NCBI GenBank assembly: GCA_965661125.1
Contig: CBFICI010000001.1
Location: 536,850 to 600,849, forward strand
DNA: 64,000 nucleotides
DNA from: Pseudomonadales bacterium
GTDB lineage: Bacteria; Pseudomonadota; Gammaproteobacteria; Pseudomonadales; GM7GCV1
Reading direction: 5' to 3'
Shown: positions 1-8,646 of the stretch, one piece after another
How the letters are laid out: each line of letters begins with the position of its first letter
Position numbering within the stretch: the first letter of the stretch is position 1
Position numbers and translations under genes: made by a program
The notes under the pieces: generated by a model
Databases searched by the model: none
Told to the model about the DNA's origin: nothing
The model's input: the letters and a program-made list of their open reading frames with translations, nothing else

Positions 1-853
1 CAAACCAGGTGCAAAGGTTTTCAACCCGCACCAGGGGCTGCTCCGCGTCTGGATGCGCCTGGGTTTTGTGCGTATCCGGCACAGCAGACAGCAATTTCTG
101 CGTATAGGGATGGCTGGCGCGTTTGAAAATATCGTCGCGGCTGCCCTGCTCGACAAAGGCTCCGTTTTGCATCACGCAAATGTGGTCGGCAATATCGGCT
201 ACTACGCTAAGGTCGTGACTGATAAAAATCACTCCGATATTGCGACGCTGCTGTAGTTCTTTGAGCAGCTTAAGTATTTGTGCCTGCACTGTTACATCCA
301 GTGCGGTGGTGGGTTCATCGGCGATAATGATTTCCGGCTCGGTTATCAGTGCCATGGCAATCACCACGCGCTGGCGCATGCCGCCGGAGAACTCGAACGG
401 CCAGGCGTTCATGCGCTCTTCCGGATTTTTGATGCCTACTTCTGCCAGGGTTTCCGTGGCCTTTTTCCAGGCTTCTTTCTTCCCCATGCCAAAATGAAGC
501 TGCAGTGGCTCGATCATCTGGTCGCCAATCTTCATATAGGGGTTGAGGGAGGTCATGGGGTCCTGAAAGATAATAGAAATACCCTTGCCGCGTACCTTGC
601 GAAGCTCGGACTCCTTCATGGTGAGCAAATCTCGGTCACCCAGCATGGCGCTGCCGCCCTCAAACCGCCCCGGAGGCATGGGCACCAGGCCCAGCATCGA
701 ATAACAGGCAACCGACTTGCCCGACCCCGACTCGCCAATAATGGCCAAAGTTTTTCCTGCCTCCACATCGAAGCTGATGCCATCAACAGCCTTTACGAGG
801 CCGTTGCGGGTATGGAAGTGAACCGATAAGTCTCGAACTGTTAACAGGGGCAT
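1..853 (-). CDS. Peptide/nickel-type ABC transporter ATP-binding protein, N-terminal part. The gene runs off the left edge and is probably a fused double-ATPase of the YejF/GsiA type.
   Basis: My own minus-strand translation from the ATG at 853 reads MPLLTVRDLSVHF.... It contains Walker A GESGSGKS, ABC signature FSGGMRQR and Walker B IIIADEPT. The frame stays open to base 1. The last residues, LVRVENLCTWF, look like the start of a second ABC domain. It is absent from the ORF track because the stop lies outside the window. Confidence 0.9.
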   Translation of the reverse strand, partial: MPLLTVRDLSVHFHTRNGLVKAVDGISFDVEAGKTLAIIGESGSGKSVACYSMLGLVPMPPGRFEGGSAMLGDRDLLTMKESELRKVRGKGISIIFQDPMTSLNPYMKIGDQMIEPLQLHFGMGKKEAWKKATETLAEVGIKNPEERMNAWPFEFSGGMRQRVVIAMALITEPEIIIADEPTTALDVTVQAQILKLLKELQQRRNIGVIFISHDLSVVADIADHICVMQNGAFVEQGSRDDIFKRASHPYTQKLLSAVPDTHKTQAHPDAEQPLVRVENLCTWF

Positions 854-854
854 A

Positions 855-1745
855 TCAGTCTCTCGATGCCTTGGGATCCAGCGCATCGCGCAGGCCATCG
901 CCCAGGAAGTTAAGCGCAAAGAGTGTCAAGGTTAGCGCCAGGCCCGGGAATATCAGCAGCCAGGGATACTCTTCCATGGTTTCCACCCCGTATGAAATCA
1001 GCAGCCCCCAGGAAGACTGCGGCGGCTGGATGCCCAATCCGAGGAAGCTCAGAAAGGCTTCCAACAGCATTACGCTGGGAATGGTCAGAGTGGTGTAAAC
1101 AATTACCGGCCCCAATACATTGGGGAGCAGATGCTTGGCAATAATGCGCGAAGGTGCCTGGCCGATAGAAATGGCCGCTTCTACGTATTCCATTTGCCGA
1201 AGGCTTTGCACCTGGCCACGCACGATGCGCGCCATGGTCAGCCACTCCACCGCCCCAATTGCCAGGAAAAGCAACAACAGGTTGCGGCCGAACACCACCA
1301 TCAGCAGAATAATAAAGATCATGAAGGGCAAGGCGTACATGATATCGACCAGACGCATCATGACGGCATCCACCTTGCCACCCGCATAACCGGCCACCGC
1401 ACCGTAAGTTACACCAATCACCAATGCTACGGCCGTGGCAATAAAACCTACCATGAGCGAAACGCGGCCGCCGTACATAATGCGCGTCAGCATGTCGCGA
1501 CCGAACGTATCGGTACCCAGCCAGTGTTCAGCCGAGGGCGGGCTGGCACCCAGGCGCAGGTTTTGCGCTTCATACCCGTAGGGCGCAATCCAGGGCGTAA
1601 GCAAGCAGATAACACCGACAAACAGAAGAAACCCCAGCCCGAACATGGCCAGTTTATTTTTCTTCAAGCGGGTCCAGGCATCGTCCCACAGAGACACGCC
1701 CTTAGGCATTTGCTCCTGAATACTGGCAGACACTGTGCTCATCAC
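855..1745 (-). CDS. Peptide ABC transporter permease (OppC/DppC family)
   Basis: 296-aa multi-TM ORF with a binding-protein-dependent transport signature region (EAAISIGQAPSRIIAKHLLPN). It overlaps the upstream permease by 4 nt, and its stop is 1 nt from the ATPase start. Confidence 0.9.
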   Translation of the reverse strand: MMSTVSASIQEQMPKGVSLWDDAWTRLKKNKLAMFGLGFLLFVGVICLLTPWIAPYGYEAQNLRLGASPPSAEHWLGTDTFGRDMLTRIMYGGRVSLMVGFIATAVALVIGVTYGAVAGYAGGKVDAVMMRLVDIMYALPFMIFIILLMVVFGRNLLLLFLAIGAVEWLTMARIVRGQVQSLRQMEYVEAAISIGQAPSRIIAKHLLPNVLGPVIVYTTLTIPSVMLLEAFLSFLGLGIQPPQSSWGLLISYGVETMEEYPWLLIFPGLALTLTLFALNFLGDGLRDALDPKASRD

Positions 1746-2674
1746 TTACTCCCGAACTGGTAACGCAGGCGCGGGTTCAACAACGCCGCCACAATGTCAG
1801 ACAAGAGGTTAAACAGGACAATCAGCGTAGCCAGAAATGCCGTGGTGCCCAGAATCATGGTGTAGTCGCGGTTGAAGGCAGCCTGGACGTAAAAGCGCCC
1901 CAGGCCCGGAATCTGGAAGATGGTTTCCACCACGAAAGAGCCGGCCAGCAAGCCCGCAAAGGCCGGCCCCAGAAAGCTGATAACCGGAAGCAAACCGCCG
2001 CGCAGTGCGTGCCGGAATATCACGATGTGCTCTGGCAAGCCTTTCGCCCGTGCCGTGCGCAAATAGTCTTGTGACATTACCTCCAACATGCCGCTGCGGC
2101 TAAGCCTTGCTATGTAGGCCGCGTAGGTAGTGCCCAGGGTAATGCTGGGAAGAATTTTGTCGCCCGGGCTGGCACCCCAGCCCGACACCGGCAACCAGCC
2201 AGCCCACATACTGAAAACCAACACCAGCAGAGGGCCCAGCAGGAAACTGGGCATGCAAATGCCAACCATGGCCAGACTCATGGGCACATAGTCTTGCGCC
2301 GTGTTGGGTTTAAGAGCGGCAAAAACGCCCGCCAGAGTGCCTATCAGCACGGCGATAATCAGCGCATAAAAACCCAATTCTGCGGTTACCGGTAACCCCT
2401 GAAAGATAAGTTCGTCAACAGAACGCCCGGGATACTTGAACGAGGGGCCCATGTCGCCCTTCAGAAGGTCTGCCAGGTAGTTAAAATATTGCTGGTGCAT
2501 GGGAAGATCGAGCTGGTATTGGGCTTCCAGCGCTGCTTGCACCTGCGGCGACACGGCCTTTTCGGTTGAGAAAGGCCCGCCCGGAGCGGCTCGAACCAGA
2601 AAGAAGGTAACAGTAATCACGGCCAGAATGACCGGGATGGCTTGCAGCGTTCGCAGTGCAATAAAACGGAACAT
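1742..2674 (-). CDS. Peptide ABC transporter permease (OppB/DppB family)
   Basis: 310-aa multi-TM ORF. It carries the typical OppB-type loop DYLRTARAKGLPEHIVIFRHALRG. Confidence 0.9.
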   Translation of the reverse strand: MFRFIALRTLQAIPVILAVITVTFFLVRAAPGGPFSTEKAVSPQVQAALEAQYQLDLPMHQQYFNYLADLLKGDMGPSFKYPGRSVDELIFQGLPVTAELGFYALIIAVLIGTLAGVFAALKPNTAQDYVPMSLAMVGICMPSFLLGPLLVLVFSMWAGWLPVSGWGASPGDKILPSITLGTTYAAYIARLSRSGMLEVMSQDYLRTARAKGLPEHIVIFRHALRGGLLPVISFLGPAFAGLLAGSFVVETIFQIPGLGRFYVQAAFNRDYTMILGTTAFLATLIVLFNLLSDIVAALLNPRLRYQFGSK

Positions 2675-2696
2675 CAGCGGTATCCGGTGAGATTAG

Positions 2697-4343
2697 TCAG
2701 TTTGCTTGCTCGCCTTCCAGCCATACGTAGCGATAGTTGAAGTAGTCCTGAATATTGGTGGGCATTCCCTTCAGGTTGGGATGACGAAGACTTTTATTCT
2801 TGTAGGTATAAAGCGGAATAATGGGAACGGCTTCCATCAGGATGGTTTCGGCTTCTTCGAATAGTGCATAACGCTCGTCGCGATCGGGTGTGGCCGGCGC
2901 AAGCTGGGTAATGATTTCGTCGTAGCGTGCGTCGCTGAACCCTGTCTTGTTGTTGCCGCCCCCGGTGAGGAAAAGGTCGAGAAAGTTATTCGGGTCGATG
3001 TAGTCGCCAATCCAGCCACGGCGAACCACGTCGTAGTCCATGTTGTTCTGGCTGTCCAGGTAAACCTTCCACTCCTGATTCACGATGGTGACAGGAATGT
3101 TGAGCTCGCTCATCCACATCTGCTGAATGGCGACTGCGATTTTGCGGTGGCTTTCCTGGGTGTTGTACAGGATTTCAAAGGCGGGGAATCCCTCACCGCC
3201 CGGGTATCCTGCTTCGGCCAACAGCTCGCGAGCCCGCTCGGGGTTATAGTCGAACAATTGCACCGGATCGTAGCCCAGGGTGTCTGGCGGTACGATGGCA
3301 TAGGCCGGGTCGACAATCCCCAGCATCACTGTTTCCGCCAGTAGTTCGCGGTCGACGGCCAGGTTAAGCGCCATTCGCACCCGCACATCATCAAGTGGCT
3401 CGCGGGTCAGGTTGATGTTGTAAAAATAGGTGCCCAGATAGGGTTCAACGTAGATAAGCTCGGGGTTTTCCTGCTGATATACCGGAATCTTGTCCAGCGG
3501 AATATCGTTGGTTTTGTGTATTTGCCCGTCGCGGAACATGCGCTCTTCCGTTACCAAATTTTCTGTGGGGTAGAACACAATGCCATTGAGCTGAACCTGT
3601 TCGGCGCCCCAGTAGTCTTCAAATTTGGAGACGCTTAGATGACTGTTGATACGCCACTCATTCAGCGTAAAGGGGCCATTGGTAACGATATTGCCCTCGC
3701 GCGCCCACTGGGAAAGCTGGTCGGTGGCACTGCCAAAGGCCAGCACGTTATCTTTATTGACCGGAAAGGTGCTGTAGTGATCGAGCACTTGCAGAAAGTA
3801 TGGAGTGGGCTCAGTCAGGGTAACCTCGAAGGTGTGCTCGTCAACTACCTTTGCCCCCACCTGGCTGAAGTCATCAAGCTCACCTGTGTTGTAAGCCTCG
3901 GCACCCACTACGGAAAACAGCATATAGGCATACTGACTACCCAATGCAGGGTTAAGTACGCGCTCCCAGCTCCAGTAAAAATCTTCAGCAGTAACGGGCT
4001 GCCCGTTGCTCCACAGGGCATCTTCGCGCAGATGGAAAATATAGGTACGGCCGTCTTCGCTGATGTCCCAGCTTTCGGCAACACCCGGTTCAATCTCCAG
4101 CGTGTAGGGGTTTTTTAATACCAGACCCTCAAACAGTGCCTGCAAAATATGGTGTTCGGGCACTCCGGTGACAATGTGCGGATCAAGGCCCTGCGGCTCG
4201 GTGCCGTTACCCATGTGCAAAATGCCTTCGCGGTTGCCCTGCTCAACGCGGGAGTCTTCCACTCCGCCGCTGCAAGCAATCAGAAACGCACCAAATAAAA
4301 TAGGGAGAAATCGTGACAGATGTGAAGAAAACAGCCCGAACAT
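2697..4343 (-). CDS. Family-5 periplasmic peptide-binding lipoprotein (OppA/DppA/YejA-like)
   Basis: 548 aa. Signal peptide with lipobox LIAC-SGG. Size and sequence style fit SBP family 5. It is the first gene of the four-gene importer operon. Confidence 0.85.
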   Translation of the reverse strand: MFGLFSSHLSRFLPILFGAFLIACSGGVEDSRVEQGNREGILHMGNGTEPQGLDPHIVTGVPEHHILQALFEGLVLKNPYTLEIEPGVAESWDISEDGRTYIFHLREDALWSNGQPVTAEDFYWSWERVLNPALGSQYAYMLFSVVGAEAYNTGELDDFSQVGAKVVDEHTFEVTLTEPTPYFLQVLDHYSTFPVNKDNVLAFGSATDQLSQWAREGNIVTNGPFTLNEWRINSHLSVSKFEDYWGAEQVQLNGIVFYPTENLVTEERMFRDGQIHKTNDIPLDKIPVYQQENPELIYVEPYLGTYFYNINLTREPLDDVRVRMALNLAVDRELLAETVMLGIVDPAYAIVPPDTLGYDPVQLFDYNPERARELLAEAGYPGGEGFPAFEILYNTQESHRKIAVAIQQMWMSELNIPVTIVNQEWKVYLDSQNNMDYDVVRRGWIGDYIDPNNFLDLFLTGGGNNKTGFSDARYDEIITQLAPATPDRDERYALFEEAETILMEAVPIIPLYTYKNKSLRHPNLKGMPTNIQDYFNYRYVWLEGEQAN

Positions 4344-4425
4344 GGTCTTTGGGTACCCCGTTTGGTCAGGTCAAACTATTGCGCAATGACGCAAGATAGC
4401 ACGGCTTTTGTTTTGGCCGAAAGCT

Positions 4426-5058
4426 CTAGCTGGCACAGGCCACACCCGTGCCGCGCAACCCGCAATATCCTGCGGGATTTTTGTGCAAATATTGCTGATG
4501 ATACGGCTCGGCAAAGTAAAAGACGGGCTCGCAGCGAACTTCGGTAGTGATTTGCCCCATGCCCTGCTCGCTTAATGCCTCCTGATAGGCGTCGCGCGAC
4601 GCCAATGCCAGGCGCAACTGTTCCTGCGAGTCGGTAAAAATCGCACTGCGGTACTGGCTACCCCGATCATTGCCCTGACGCATACCCTGAGTTGGGTCAT
4701 GCGCCTCCCAGAATACCTTAAGCAGCGCCGGCAGCCCTGTTTGATCCGGGTCATAGACTAGCTGAACCACCTCGGTGTGATTGGTGTAACCGGTACAGGT
4801 TTCTTCATAGGTCGGATTGGGAGTATCCCCGCCGGCGTATCCGGCCGCAGTTACAAAAACTCCCGGCTGTTGCCATAGCAATCGCTCGGCACCCCAAAAA
4901 CAGCCCATTCCCAGGCGAACCGATTCCATCTGGCCGGGATAAGGCGGCGCCATTGGATTGCCCAATACTTCGTGCAATGCTGGCACCGACATAGGTTGGT
5001 CGCGGCCTGGCAGAGTTTTTTCAGGGGCAACTAGATCGGTAGCTTTTGATCGAAACAT
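4426..5058 (-). CDS. msrA: Peptide-methionine (S)-S-oxide reductase
   Basis: 210 aa with the catalytic GCFWG motif, followed by the conserved GYAGG and HDPT regions. Confidence 0.93.
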   Translation of the reverse strand: MFRSKATDLVAPEKTLPGRDQPMSVPALHEVLGNPMAPPYPGQMESVRLGMGCFWGAERLLWQQPGVFVTAAGYAGGDTPNPTYEETCTGYTNHTEVVQLVYDPDQTGLPALLKVFWEAHDPTQGMRQGNDRGSQYRSAIFTDSQEQLRLALASRDAYQEALSEQGMGQITTEVRCEPVFYFAEPYHQQYLHKNPAGYCGLRGTGVACAS

Positions 5059-5105
5059 TATGTGGTCCGGGTTAACGACACTTGAATTTGCAGGGTATGA
5101 CTTTC

Positions 5106-5130
5106 TTCACCACTATAATGTTGTGGTGAA
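5106..5130 (+). promoter_or_regulatory. 8-bp inverted repeat (ttcaccac / gtggtgaa) bracketing a perfect TATAAT hexamer in the msrA / vWA divergent intergenic region
   Basis: Read directly: ttcaccac-tataatgtt-gtggtgaa. There is no good -35 at canonical spacing, so promoter status is uncertain. The geometry resembles an operator. Confidence 0.3.
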
Positions 5131-5147
5131 ATGGCAGACATTACCAA

Positions 5148-5867
5148 ATGGCAAAAGATATCAAGCAGGGCAGTAAGTCGGGCGAGCTGACCAAGGGCAA
5201 GCTGGACCAGTTTTTGGCAGAGGTAAACAACCTGCCTCCTGCGGTGCGAAGTGGCGCCAAACCCGCGCGGCTGGCATTTGTGATTGATGCCACCGCAAGC
5301 CGGCAACCCACCTGGGATATGGCCAGTCAACTGCAGGGCGAAATGCTGCAAAGCGCGCGCAAGAATGGCGAAATGTACCTTCAGGTATTGTGGTTTCGCG
5401 GCTTTGGCGAGCTGAAAAAGACTCCCTGGAGCGCAGATGGCACCCAACTGGCCAGGCTAATGAGCGGGGTCACCTGCAAAGCGGGTCAGACACAAATAGA
5501 ACGGTGCCTGCGAGAATTATTGCGCCAGAGTGGCGAACAACAAATCAATGCCGTGGTGTACGTGGGCGACTGTTGCGAAGAACCCGCCAATAAATTGCTT
5601 CAACTGGCTGGCAAGCTGGGCCTAATCAATACCCCTCTGTTTATCTTTCAGGATGGCCAGAATCCGCGAGCTGCGCAGGTGTTTGAACAAATGAGTAAAC
5701 GCAGCGGCGGCGCATTTTGCCAGCTGGACCACACCAGCGCCGAACTGCTGCAGGAATTGCTCAACGCTGTTGCCAGTTTTGCCACTGGCGGCAAACAAGC
5801 GGTAAAGTCCCTGCCGCCGGCGCGGCACAAAGCAACGCGCCATTTGCTGGAACAACTGGATAAATGA
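5148..5867 (+). CDS. Cytoplasmic vWA-like domain protein (uncharacterised)
   Basis: 239 aa with no signal peptide. AFVIDATASR resembles a MIDAS-type DxSxS variant at the start of a Rossmann-like vWA fold. Its stop overlaps the next gene's start (ATGA at 5864-5867). Confidence 0.55.
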   Translation: MAKDIKQGSKSGELTKGKLDQFLAEVNNLPPAVRSGAKPARLAFVIDATASRQPTWDMASQLQGEMLQSARKNGEMYLQVLWFRGFGELKKTPWSADGTQLARLMSGVTCKAGQTQIERCLRELLRQSGEQQINAVVYVGDCCEEPANKLLQLAGKLGLINTPLFIFQDGQNPRAAQVFEQMSKRSGGAFCQLDHTSAELLQELLNAVASFATGGKQAVKSLPPARHKATRHLLEQLDK

Positions 5868-6610
5868 TTCGACTGGTTCTTATAGCCGCCCTGCTCGCCG
5901 CCTGGTACTTCTGGTATCGCTGGAAAAAAGCACCTGACAACGAAGCAAAACGCAGGCTGGTCAATCAGTTCATTATGTACGGCCTGCTGGCGGGCATTAT
6001 GCTGCTTGCAGCGGCGGGTCGTATCCACTGGCTGGGCGCGGTATTTGCAGCCCTACTTCCTATCCTGAAACTTCTTGCGGGTTGGCTGTTCAGCCTGTTT
6101 CCCGTATTGGCGAAAATCTATCGCAACCGTGCGCCGGCAGGCTCTACCGGCAAAACCAACCGCTCCCACATCAAAACGGGCTATCTTGAGATGTGGCTGG
6201 ATCACGACAGCGGCAATCTGGGTGGCACGATACTCCAGGGAGAACATCAGGGCAGCAACCTCGACGACCTGGATGAAACCCTATTGCGCGAACTCTTTGC
6301 CGAATATCAGCGCATCGACAGTGACAGCGCAAGGCTGCTTCAAAGCTACCTGCAGCGCCGGTTTGAGCAGTTCGAAGAGCAAGCAAACGGAGACGAACCT
6401 CATTCAGATAACGCGCATAGCTCCAGTGCTATGAGCCCTGCCGAGGCCCGCGAGATTCTCGGTGTTGAAGAACAGGCCGATCGCGCTGAAATTCGCCGTG
6501 CGCACCGCAAACTAATGCAAAAGCTGCATCCGGATCATGGTGGGAACGACTACTTCGCCGCCAAGGTGAACCAGGCCCGTGACTTGCTGCTGGGCAGACT
6601 TCAAGATTAG
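5864..6610 (+). CDS. Inner-membrane J-domain protein (DnaJ-domain co-chaperone, DjlA-like architecture)
   Basis: 248 aa. About 3 N-terminal TM helices and a C-terminal J domain with the HPD motif (KLMQKLHPDHGG). Confidence 0.8.
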   Translation: MIRLVLIAALLAAWYFWYRWKKAPDNEAKRRLVNQFIMYGLLAGIMLLAAAGRIHWLGAVFAALLPILKLLAGWLFSLFPVLAKIYRNRAPAGSTGKTNRSHIKTGYLEMWLDHDSGNLGGTILQGEHQGSNLDDLDETLLRELFAEYQRIDSDSARLLQSYLQRRFEQFEEQANGDEPHSDNAHSSSAMSPAEAREILGVEEQADRAEIRRAHRKLMQKLHPDHGGNDYFAAKVNQARDLLLGRLQD

Positions 6611-6632
6611 GAAGCAATCTCTCCCGGATTGC

Positions 6633-6660
6633 TTGCCCAATAAATATAGCAAGGTAGGAT
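6633..6660 (+). promoter_or_regulatory. Sigma70-like promoter candidate for array unit 1 (TTGCCC-N16-TAGGAT)
   Basis: The hexamers are conserved in all three units, although the spacer sequence diverges. Confidence 0.45.
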
Positions 6661-6681
6661 ACCGCTGCAGCTACCCATACT

Positions 6682-6811
6682 GGCCCCGTAGCTCAATTGG
6701 GTGAAAGCACCGCTTTCACGACCGAGCGCAAGCCGCATGCGGCGCAGCAAAGCGAGGGCCGGGCTTTCGTTGCGAACGCAGCGAAAGGAGCAATCGTTCT
6801 GGATTGCTTGC
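6682..6811 (+). ncRNA. Candidate structured RNA, unit 1. The 5' 19 nt of tRNA-Arg are fused to a ~110-nt hairpin-rich body of unknown family.
   Basis: Hairpins at 6701-6719 (7 bp), the gccgcatgcggc palindrome, 6764-6787 (10 bp, GAAC loop) and 6789-6808 (7 bp). It has its own promoter-like element. There is one compensatory base-pair change relative to unit 2. Confidence 0.3.
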
Positions 6812-6835
6812 TCTGGAAATTTTGCACGGTAGGAT
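6808..6835 (+). promoter_or_regulatory. Sigma70-like promoter candidate for array unit 2 (TTGCTC-N16-TAGGAT)
   Basis: Same register as the other two units (+175 bp). Confidence 0.4.
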
Positions 6836-6856
6836 ACGGCTGCCGATTGCCATACT

Positions 6857-6986
6857 GGCCCCGTAGCTCAATTGGGTGAAAGCACCGCCTTCACGACCGA
6901 GCGCAAGCCGCATGCGGCGCAGCAAAGCGAGGGCCGGGCTTTCGTCGCGAACGCGGCGAAAGGAGCAATCGTTCTGGATTGCTTGC
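6857..6986 (+). ncRNA. Candidate structured RNA, unit 2 (near-identical copy of unit 1)
   Basis: It differs from unit 1 at three body positions (6889, 6946, 6955). The 6946/6955 changes keep the long hairpin paired as C-G instead of U-A. Confidence 0.3.
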
Positions 6987-7010
6987 CGAACAAATATAGC
7001 AAGGTAGGAT
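6983..7010 (+). promoter_or_regulatory. Sigma70-like promoter candidate for tRNA-Arg (TTGCCG-N16-TAGGAT)
   Basis: The -10 element ends 21 nt before the mature tRNA 5' end. Confidence 0.5.
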
Positions 7011-7031
7011 ACGGCTGCAACTACTCATACT

Positions 7032-7108
7032 GGCCCCGTAGCTCAATTGGATAGAGCAATCCCCTCCTAAGGGATAGGTTGCAGGTTCGATTCCTGCCGG
7101 GGTCGCCA
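7032..7108 (+). tRNA. tRNA-Arg (anticodon CCT)
   Basis: Hand-folded cloverleaf. Acceptor ggccccg/cggggtc (one G-U pair), D arm gctc/gagc, anticodon stem atccc/gggat with loop ctCCTaa, T arm gcagg-ttcgatt-cctgc, discriminator g and an encoded CCA. Confidence 0.93.
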
Positions 7109-7195
7109 ACATTTACCGCGCTTCGCACGGGCAGCTTAAAAAGCGACCCAGGCCTGCTTTTGCTATTATAAAAAGCCGTCCTGAGGAGGCCAGCC

Positions 7196-7777
7196 ATGAA
7201 ATTCATCGGGCTATCCTTTCTTCTGCTTTTCGCGCCGCTTTCACTGGCCCAATCTCTGGTGGTCTTCAGCAACAACGAAGCTGCCACAAGCTGCTCTGAA
7301 TTTGCTTTCGAAGCCTCGCTCACCAACCAGTCCAGCGAGCATTATCTAAGCTATTGCGACCGGGCGATCGAGAATGAAACCCTGCTCAGGGCCGATATCG
7401 CCGCCAGCTATTTGAACCGCGGCGTAATCAACATGGCACTTGGCCATTATTCGGATGCCCACGCCGACTACCTCACGGCGCAGCGCATGGCCGAATACCT
7501 TCCCGAGGTCTACCTGAATCTGGGCAATCTGGACTTCTTGCAGAAAAACTTTGCGAAGGCTATCGAGAACTATGGCCTGGCAGAGCAACTGGGGCTGCGC
7601 CAGGCGCATATCCTGTATCTGAACCGGGGGATGGCACTGATGAACCTGGGGCAACTGGATGCAGCAGAAGCGCAATACATGCAGGCCCTTGGATCCAGGC
7701 CCAATTGGAGCCCAGCTCAGCAAAAGCTGGAACAGCTGCGCCAATTGCGCATGCAGCGTGATCCTGCCTCGCCCTGA
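7196..7777 (+). CDS. Secreted TPR-repeat protein
   Basis: 193 aa. Signal peptide MKFIGLSFLLLFAPLSLAQS. Repeated A-x-x-x-Y/L-x-x-A TPR-like helices. Strong SD (gaggagg) upstream. Confidence 0.75.
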   Translation: MKFIGLSFLLLFAPLSLAQSLVVFSNNEAATSCSEFAFEASLTNQSSEHYLSYCDRAIENETLLRADIAASYLNRGVINMALGHYSDAHADYLTAQRMAEYLPEVYLNLGNLDFLQKNFAKAIENYGLAEQLGLRQAHILYLNRGMALMNLGQLDAAEAQYMQALGSRPNWSPAQQKLEQLRQLRMQRDPASP

Positions 7778-7794
7778 CTGAAGCCGCCAAGCGG

Positions 7795-8646
7795 TTACTT
7801 TAGAACCAGTACGGGCACCTTGCTGCCAGCAATCATTCGCGTGGTATTGCTGCCGATAAAGAAGCGTCGCACTCGCGAATGCGCGTAGGCACCAATGGCT
7901 GTCATTTCAATGCCGTGCTCGGCCTGATACTGCTGCAATGCCGGGTAAATTTCGCCATACAGCAGGTTTGTCGTCACATTAAACCCGGCATTCCTCAGTA
8001 GTTCGGCTGCGCGGCTTAGTTTGTCCTGCCGCTCCGGGGTATCGTCGCCCACCATCACCAGATGGCAAGGAAGGTCTTTAAACAAAGCACTTTGGGCGGT
8101 GCGCTCTATCGCACCCTGCATATTCTCGCGGCCGTCGTAGGCAATCATGAAATTCGAAGGAGGCGTAAAATTGCCAACGCTTATCAGCACGGGGCGCGTG
8201 ACCGCACGCACCACCGATTCCACATGCGATCCCACCGCATTCAGGTCGTTCTCGTGGCCCTGCCCTGCACGGCCAATCACAAACAGCCGGGTGTCCTGTT
8301 CGCGCTCTTTTAACGATTCCAATACATCGCCATGGCGCTGAAGCTGCTGAACTTCTTGCACGCCACTTTGGCTTGCATAGTCACGAAACTGTTGCAGCAG
8401 CTGTTTGCCGTGTTGCAGGGCAATACGATTTCGCTGTTTTTCCAGCTCGACAATCTCTTCAAGAAGGTGCTGTGCGCTGTCTACCCCCAAGGTTCCGGAA
8501 AGGTCTCTGGCATTGCCACTTTGGTTTTCATCCAGGGCGTGCAACAGGGTTAAGGGTGCACCCAGGCGCTTGGCCGCCCAACAACTGGCGTCACATACCG
8601 CGGTAGAGAGTGGCGACCCATCGATACAGGCTACTATCTGGTTCAT
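7795..8646 (-). CDS. Tandem-domain universal stress protein (UspA family)
   Basis: 283 aa with two Usp-like halves (VACIDGS... and FMIAYDGR...), ending GS-x-T-x-x-I. Its start overlaps the SulP stop by 1 nt. Confidence 0.85.
   Translation of the reverse strand: MNQIVACIDGSPLSTAVCDASCWAAKRLGAPLTLLHALDENQSGNARDLSGTLGVDSAQHLLEEIVELEKQRNRIALQHGKQLLQQFRDYASQSGVQEVQQLQRHGDVLESLKEREQDTRLFVIGRAGQGHENDLNAVGSHVESVVRAVTRPVLISVGNFTPPSNFMIAYDGRENMQGAIERTAQSALFKDLPCHLVMVGDDTPERQDKLSRAAELLRNAGFNVTTNLLYGEIYPALQQYQAEHGIEMTAIGAYAHSRVRRFFIGSNTTRMIAGSKVPVLVLK

Larger units (their letters stand above)
6611..7031 (+). repeat. Tandem array with an exact 175-bp period. tRNA-like starts lie at 6682, 6857 and 7032. 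Each unit comprises a hairpin, promoter-like hexamers and the first 19 nt of tRNA-Arg.
   Basis: Direct alignment of the three units by eye. ggccccgtagctcaattgg recurs at 6682, 6857 and 7032. The hairpin agcaatc-N6/7-gattgct recurs at 6613-6632 (7-nt loop), 6789-6808 and 6964-6983. Confidence 0.9.

Noticed and set aside
6611-7031. Could the 175-bp array or the octamer tract (30888-30938) be a CRISPR array?
   Set aside because: Repeat and spacer sizes do not fit. The 175-bp units have near-identical content between their repeated parts, and the 8-nt units have no spacers. There is no leader-like region and no cas genes anywhere in the window.
6697-7054. Two near-identical 60-aa ORFs (MGESTAFTTERKPHAAQQSEGRAF...) inside the 175-bp array
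   Set aside because: They start at TTG inside the tRNA-like segment, have no SD, and run through hairpins and promoter elements into the next unit. Their identity simply reflects the DNA repeat. An RNA-level explanation is better supported by the compensatory stem change.
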